A program made the translations under genes and the position numbers. From a virus, in IMG/VR virus record IMGVR_UViG_3300045988_095739, positions 1 through 40,162 of that record: a DNA stretch of 40,162 bases; one strand, 5' to 3'. The notes beneath the pieces were generated by a model. It was not told where the DNA came from, searched no databases, and saw nothing but the letters and a program-made list of their open reading frames with translations. The first letter of the stretch is position 1. Each line of letters opens with the position of its first letter. Positions 35,521 through 40,162 of this stretch are shown piece by piece.

Positions 35521-35531
35521 CTTTGTCATGG

Positions 35532-36047
35532 CTACAAATTGATGAGCTGGTTCGTCTTCAATGTCAGGTGCACGATTGCTTCGGCCGTTACTAAGCCTTT
35601 GTCTCGTGTTTGATAGTCAAGCTCGACCTGGATCGGTGTTGCAGGGTCGACAAATAGCTGCATCGGGTCGCCATTCTTCGTCAAATCCTGATGATGCATG
35701 AATACGCCGGAAACAGAGTCTTCTCGTATACTGAAATCATCATTCCTGCCGCAGGCAAGGCTAATAACACGCTGATGGCTCTTAGCGTCTAATCCTTGCC
35801 CAAAGTCGCGCGTCATATCGCATACGATATCAATTACTACCGGTAGAGTTGATTCCATTTCGTGCGAGGCGTCCATGTCTAGGCTCTGCTCCTCATACGA
35901 GATAAATGCCATCGGCTTTGATAGTTGCGATTTATTCACAACGCCAGGGTCGCCAATGCCATAGCGTCCTTTTAGTTCAGTCGAACCATGCGTATTTAGC
36001 ACTTCTTTTACTCGTTCAAGTATCGCGTCTTTATAGTTATTCATCAC
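35532..36047 (-). CDS. Hypothetical structural protein (171 aa), likely tail completion/neck
   Basis: Position in the morphogenesis module. Confidence 0.45.
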   Translation of the reverse strand: MMNNYKDAILERVKEVLNTHGSTELKGRYGIGDPGVVNKSQLSKPMAFISYEEQSLDMDASHEMESTLPVVIDIVCDMTRDFGQGLDAKSHQRVISLACGRNDDFSIREDSVSGVFMHHQDLTKNGDPMQLFVDPATPIQVELDYQTRDKGLVTAEAIVHLTLKTNQLINL

Positions 36048-36472
36048 ATCCCCTCCATAATGTATGCTTGAATTATCTTTGTCACTTTTCTACGCTGCGG
36101 TTCTTGGAAATCCATCATGATACGTCGCGGTAAGCGTTTGCGCGGCGCTTTACTCTGGTGATACTTGAAATAGTGCATTTTGTTGCTAATCGTCACAGAA
36201 TTGTCTCTGACACGAGCCTGAAAGCTATTGCGCATTCGTCCGGTAGCTTCAAGCAATGGATGTCCGTAGTTATGTGCCGGTCTCTTCCAGCGCTCCCAAA
36301 CCTTGCCTTTTACGTCAAAGTTGTCGTCTATTATATCCAACATGTATTTACCAATTTCTGTCATCGGCGTTCGTAAGTTGCGTGCACGCTTCCCCCTCGT
36401 ATCGAGTGTCGCCACAACCTGCTTGCTGCCCTCGACCGTTACGCTAATGCGCAGCATGCCCATCAGAAACAC
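36044..36472 (-). CDS. Virion morphogenesis protein (Mu gpG-like)
   Basis: ~140 aa basic protein with ATGRMRNSF, downstream of the Mu-like head genes. Confidence 0.45.
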   Translation of the reverse strand: MFLMGMLRISVTVEGSKQVVATLDTRGKRARNLRTPMTEIGKYMLDIIDDNFDVKGKVWERWKRPAHNYGHPLLEATGRMRNSFQARVRDNSVTISNKMHYFKYHQSKAPRKRLPRRIMMDFQEPQRRKVTKIIQAYIMEGM

Positions 36473-37167
36473 CTATCATCATTATGGCGGCGATGTTCAC
36501 GGAGTATTTCGCGCTCTGTGTCGGTAAATAGATCGCCTTTCGACGCTGAGCCGAGGCTTCTTAGCGTCGTGTTGATTTGCCCATCGCTATCAATACCGCA
36601 CTCACCGCCGGACTTCGCATAATCCTCAAGCGCTTCCTTGGCGGTTTTTAGCCGTTCGTAGCCGTCTTTGCTCGTTCCCTCAATATCTTGGTTATAGCCG
36701 TAGTCGCGTATCAATAGCCACGCTGCAGCTAGTTGCCGTGTGATATTCCGCACTATTTTTGGCACTGATCTACCCTCACGACCATACGGCGCGCAGTTAT
36801 CGATGGACTTCATCCGGTTATTGATTGTTGCCTGCGCCTCTTCTCGGCGGCGCTTGGCAGATTCCATACTTACGGGGCTATAACGATAGTCTACTGTCAC
36901 TGTCACGCCCTCTTTGGGTGCTTCAGCCGTAGTAATCGTACCAAATACTTCATCAACATCGACAACAGTCACTGGTACACCGTCAAAATAGACACGTAGA
37001 TCTTCCTCTGTGACCATATCATCGTAATCTAGGTCGCTCAGAGGCTTATTATTGACGGTAAATGTCTTATTTTGGCCGTCTACTATACCATTCGGAATTT
37101 CAGCCAAGACTGCGTGGGACAATCCGGCTTCTTCGATGATTTCCTGTAGCGTACAGTAAACAGCCAT
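36463..37167 (-). CDS. Hypothetical head-tail connector/adaptor-region protein (234 aa)
   Basis: Position after the capsid genes. Confidence 0.45.
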   Translation of the reverse strand: MAVYCTLQEIIEEAGLSHAVLAEIPNGIVDGQNKTFTVNNKPLSDLDYDDMVTEEDLRVYFDGVPVTVVDVDEVFGTITTAEAPKEGVTVTVDYRYSPVSMESAKRRREEAQATINNRMKSIDNCAPYGREGRSVPKIVRNITRQLAAAWLLIRDYGYNQDIEGTSKDGYERLKTAKEALEDYAKSGGECGIDSDGQINTTLRSLGSASKGDLFTDTEREILREHRRHNDDRCF

Positions 37168-37177
37168 ACGAACACAT

Positions 37178-37546
37178 CTACTTTCGTCGTTCAGCTAAGA
37201 TTTTCTTAGCCCTCTTCTCAGCGTCAGCTTGTGATTTCGCGTTCACAATACCAAAACCGTCCACCCAGAACGGTTTCAGCTTACTATCGACAGCAGGTTC
37301 TTCTGCCGGCTCCTCAGCCTGCTTGTCCTGCGTATCAACTTCTGGTTGCTCGTCACTTTCTAACTGCTCCACTTCATCGGGTTGTGCCGTCGGTTGCAAT
37401 GCTTCTGCCGGCTCCTCAGCCTGCTTGTCCTGCGTATCAACTTCTGGTTGCTCGTCACTTTCTAACTGCTCCACTTCATCGGGTTGTGCCGTCGGTTGCA
37501 ATGCTTCTGCCGGCTCCTCAGCCTGCTTGTCCTGCGTATCACTCAT
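37178..37546 (-). CDS. Acidic protein with 2.4 tandem copies of a 34-aa repeat (DTQDKQAEEPAEALQPTAQPDEVEQLESDEQPEV) and a basic C-terminal tail
   Basis: A 102-bp tandem DNA repeat at 37300-37548 encodes the repeats. Confidence 0.6.
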   Translation of the reverse strand: MSDTQDKQAEEPAEALQPTAQPDEVEQLESDEQPEVDTQDKQAEEPAEALQPTAQPDEVEQLESDEQPEVDTQDKQAEEPAEEPAVDSKLKPFWVDGFGIVNAKSQADAEKRAKKILAERRK

Positions 37547-37548
37547 AA
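37300..37548. repeat. 102-bp tandem repeat (2.4 copies) within a coding sequence
   Basis: Period 102 nt; copies 1 and 2 are identical. Confidence 0.8.
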
Positions 37549-37620
37549 TATTTACCTCTTTGGTTAATTTTTATGGAAATGGGCGGCGCTGGAGGACACC
37601 ACCACTATTTCGTCCGCCTA

Positions 37621-38475
37621 TTAGGCGCCCGTCGAACCGACAATCAAGCGGTATTTCGAATAAGCTGCGTCAAAGCGACCATCCGTACCCCAGGTATAGA
37701 TATCAGCATCATCCTGGCGGTCTTTCATTATCTGACGTAGAGCACCTATCTTGCGGCGTTCAATGATTTCAACCGGTTTCATGCTGCGACTGAGGTCAGC
37801 AACATACCAGCTGGTGTCGGTGATTTGCGGAATAACCACAATCTTCACTGCATCGAAGTTAGGGTTGCTTTCGCCACCAGCAAGATATTCCTTTTTAACG
37901 ACGGCACGTGCCGCGGCCTTGTTCGACGGGCCAACGATGAGCGTAGTCGCCAAATAGCCGTACGAACGGCCCTTGTCGTCGCGCTGCATTTCAAGCTTCA
38001 AACACGCTTTGTCGAAGTTCTCGCCAGTCAGTGCGCCGGTTTGCAAGTTGCCGTGGTCGGTTGAGAAGAACTTCTTGCCGTCGCCCATGCTCGTGACAAA
38101 GCCTTTATTGATAGCCTCTGCCGCCAAGACGCCGTACATCAACTTGTTCTCAAGTGCCATCTCTTCGATCGCGCTCTTGTAGATACCAAGCTCGTCGTCT
38201 TCCACGTCCTCGCCGTTGATAGCAACCGACTGCTCCCATTTACCGACCTTTTTCATTTCGGTTTGGAATTTGAACGTGCCTGGTCGACGCTCAGACAGCC
38301 ACCTGCGCATGCCTGGTACGCTTGTCAAGTTTAGAATACGGGCGACACCAGTTCTGTTCGGCGTCACCGTGTACAAGCCAGCAGCGTGATCAGTGAAATC
38401 TTCGCTCATGGCTTTTTTGAAAATCGTCTTGACGTATAAGTCTACACGATTGAGTTGAGTAGGGTTAAGAGCCAT
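37621..38475 (-). CDS. Major capsid protein (Mu gpT-like)
   Basis: 284 aa. Follows the protease/scaffold and the DUF2190-like gene. Confidence 0.75.
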   Translation of the reverse strand: MALNPTQLNRVDLYVKTIFKKAMSEDFTDHAAGLYTVTPNRTGVARILNLTSVPGMRRWLSERRPGTFKFQTEMKKVGKWEQSVAINGEDVEDDELGIYKSAIEEMALENKLMYGVLAAEAINKGFVTSMGDGKKFFSTDHGNLQTGALTGENFDKACLKLEMQRDDKGRSYGYLATTLIVGPSNKAAARAVVKKEYLAGGESNPNFDAVKIVVIPQITDTSWYVADLSRSMKPVEIIERRKIGALRQIMKDRQDDADIYTWGTDGRFDAAYSKYRLIVGSTGA

Positions 38476-38496
38476 TTCTCATGTTCCTTTCTATGT

Positions 38497-38904
38497 TTAT
38501 TTATTAGCCGGAAGTCCAGCGTTTACCTTTACACGAACCGACGTTGTGCTTTCAATTTTGGTGATGATACCAATACGAACCGTACCGGCAGCACCAGCGT
38601 CAAGCGCGACAGTGTGGTCGTCGGTCAGCACAACACCTTTACCAACGTTCGCTTGCACGCCGACGGCAGCTTCACAGTCAAAGCTAAACACGCCCTCGGG
38701 CGACACGCGTAGCAAACCGCCATCCGTAACAGTTTCCTGTGCAACGCCGAGAAACGTTTCTTTCGTCGCACCTGCATGCGCAAGACCGTTCGCAGCGGCA
38801 GCCGTTACCGCAGCACCGTGGTAGATCGGGCTCGTACCCGCCTCAACTTCGATAAAATCACCAGTCTGGCGGCTATCGTCTCGTGGAGCTGTTAAATTAG
38901 CCAT
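38497..38904 (-). CDS. DUF2190-like small head protein (decoration/structural)
   Basis: 135 aa, Gly/Ala/Val-rich, in the conserved position between protease/scaffold and major capsid. Confidence 0.55.
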   Translation of the reverse strand: MANLTAPRDDSRQTGDFIEVEAGTSPIYHGAAVTAAAANGLAHAGATKETFLGVAQETVTDGGLLRVSPEGVFSFDCEAAVGVQANVGKGVVLTDDHTVALDAGAAGTVRIGIITKIESTTSVRVKVNAGLPANK

Positions 38905-40148
38905 TATTCATCTCCTTTCAATGATTTCTTTGTTTCTTTGAGTTCTTTCTCGGTTACGCCGAATCCGGTCAACGACTTCTCGTCATCCGTCAATTCAACA
39001 TCCTCGTCAGCCTCTTTGTCCCCGCCTGCGACACCTTTCTCGTCAAGGAAGATACCTTTCGGCGTCTTCTCAAGAAATTCTGACAACAGTACAGCAACAC
39101 TCTTCTTCGCGCCGTCCGCAAGCTCTACTGAGGTATTGCTTTGCGAACTGAGGGCAAGGTATGCGTCTTTTTGAGCTGGAACGACCTTGCCATCGCTCAA
39201 CAGCTTCTCAAATTGGGCTTCAGCCTCTTTATCGGCAAGCTCGCGTTCACGCTTTGCCAGTGCAGCTTCACGATCGGCGAGTTCTTTCTCTTTCTTCTCG
39301 GCGTCTGATGATTCATCATCAGCTTTGTCAGCTTTGTCTTCTGTCTTTTCTTCCGGCTTGGTCGCGTCTGCAATCTGCTTATTCACAGTCTCTACGCGGT
39401 CGCTCGGCACTTCAATCTCCGCGCCGGCTGCGACAGTAGCGGTTTTTTCTTCGCCGTCTTGCGTAAACTTCACTTCAACGTCAAAGTCTCTGTCATTTTT
39501 TACTTTATCCATCGGTTCTTCCTCCTTGTTTGTTTCATTACCGTTGGTTTCGCTAAATAAAATCGTGGCAACGTGCTTATCTGCTAGTGCCGGCTCGAAC
39601 TCTGTCATGCCTTTGATATACGGGTCATTCACGAGTCCTACATGTTTCAATACATCGTGGAATATTTTGCCGGTCTTTTTGTCCTGATATTCTTCGTCGA
39701 ATGCTACACTCGTATCCACTAACACACCGTCCTCAATGTCTGCTGCCGTATCAGGCTTACGAATCTCAATAAGTCCATACAAGCCGTCGTCACGAGCTTC
39801 TAGGTCGATGAGCCAGCCTTTTGTACGTTCAGCTAACTCAGCGGACGTCTGCGGGTGTCCTACCGGTACAGGAACACGGGTTATCGGGCCGTTCTTAAAG
39901 TTATCAACAACGCGGTCGCCCCATTCCTTGTCGAGGATCATCTTCCTCCCCGCATTCCGCGGGTCTACGAAGTCGCCATAACCGGCAATCATCTTCTTGA
40001 AACGTTTGAACTTGCCGTTATGAGCATCAGCAAGCTTTACGTCTCCATGCTCAGTAACCGCGACATAGCGACTTCGTAGCGTGTTTGTATTAGTGTTTGT
40101 TTGTGTTTTCATGATTGTTTGTTCTTTAGCAACGTTTGAAATAGCCAC
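38904..40148 (-). CDS. Prohead protease fused to scaffold-like coiled-coil (Mu gpI/gpZ-like); GTG start at 40148, or ATG at 40112
   Basis: N-terminal protease-like region. C-terminal half is Glu/Lys/Ala-rich coiled coil (EKKEKELADREAALAKRERELADKEAEAQFEKLL). Confidence 0.7.
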   Translation of the reverse strand: MAISNVAKEQTIMKTQTNTNTNTLRSRYVAVTEHGDVKLADAHNGKFKRFKKMIAGYGDFVDPRNAGRKMILDKEWGDRVVDNFKNGPITRVPVPVGHPQTSAELAERTKGWLIDLEARDDGLYGLIEIRKPDTAADIEDGVLVDTSVAFDEEYQDKKTGKIFHDVLKHVGLVNDPYIKGMTEFEPALADKHVATILFSETNGNETNKEEEPMDKVKNDRDFDVEVKFTQDGEEKTATVAAGAEIEVPSDRVETVNKQIADATKPEEKTEDKADKADDESSDAEKKEKELADREAALAKRERELADKEAEAQFEKLLSDGKVVPAQKDAYLALSSQSNTSVELADGAKKSVAVLLSEFLEKTPKGIFLDEKGVAGGDKEADEDVELTDDEKSLTGFGVTEKELKETKKSLKGDE

Positions 40149-40162
40149 GATAGCGGTGGTCG

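Noticed and set aside
37300-37548. CRISPR array
   Set aside because: Identical 102-bp units with no spacers, in frame within a coding sequence. It is a protein tandem repeat.

Overview
The window is a complete, circularly closed genome of about 40.14 kb: the first 22 nt (atagccacgatagcggtggtcg) are identical to the last 22 nt, so it is circularly assembled or terminally redundant. It reads as a temperate siphovirus-like phage of a Gram-positive (Firmicute-like) host. Nearly every gene is on the minus strand, so the genome runs from high to low coordinates. Starting at the terminase, the order is as follows. (1) DNA packaging: TerS 5228-5782, TerL 3718-5259, and a giant 1184-aa fusion of portal, MuF head-morphogenesis protein and VIP2-like ADP-ribosyltransferase at 123-3677. 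(2) Mu-like head genes, reached across the coordinate origin: gpI-like protease/scaffold 38904-40148, DUF2190-like protein 38497-38904, gpT-like major capsid 37621-38475, an acidic protein with 102-bp tandem repeats, head-tail joining and gpG-like proteins. (3) Tail: major tail protein 34251-35246, a moron-like gene preceded by what looks like a leaderless extended -10 promoter, tail chaperone G/GT with a canonical -1 slippery heptamer CCCAAAA, tape measure 30361-32916, Dit/Tal-like proteins, three paralogous small baseplate/fibre proteins and a 305-aa fibre-like protein. (4) Lysis: XhlA-like protein plus a CHAP lysin carrying a C-terminal two-helix membrane domain. (5) A collagen-like tail fibre at 22212-23570. 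Its C-terminal coding end is duplicated as a promoterless alternative cassette on the opposite strand, with 109-bp inverted repeats bounding a 1.04-kb segment, so this is a candidate invertible host-range switch. (6) Lysogeny and accessory region: tyrosine integrase 19275-20135 next to an intact tRNA-Thr(GGT) 18918-18993, a cluster of DnaA-box-like repeats, a small winged-helix protein, and a membrane-anchored lysozyme-like transglycosylase. (7) Early region: RecT, an unusual PD-(D/E)xK nuclease fused to an FtsK/SpoIIIE ATPase, many small unknown ORFs, VRR-NUC nuclease, SNF2 helicase, and a PAPS-reductase-like plus ParB-like pair just upstream of TerS. Several families of conserved non-coding elements stand out. 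These are operator-like CCCGTAGAACG palindromes, a thrice-repeated AAAAATAGCCRC hairpin/T-run element in front of late genes, two homologous 60-nt elements in the tail module, and a 139-bp MITE-like element with 24-bp perfect terminal inverted repeats. No rRNA or CRISPR array was seen. Many + strand ORFs in the six-frame track are shadow ORFs of minus-strand genes.
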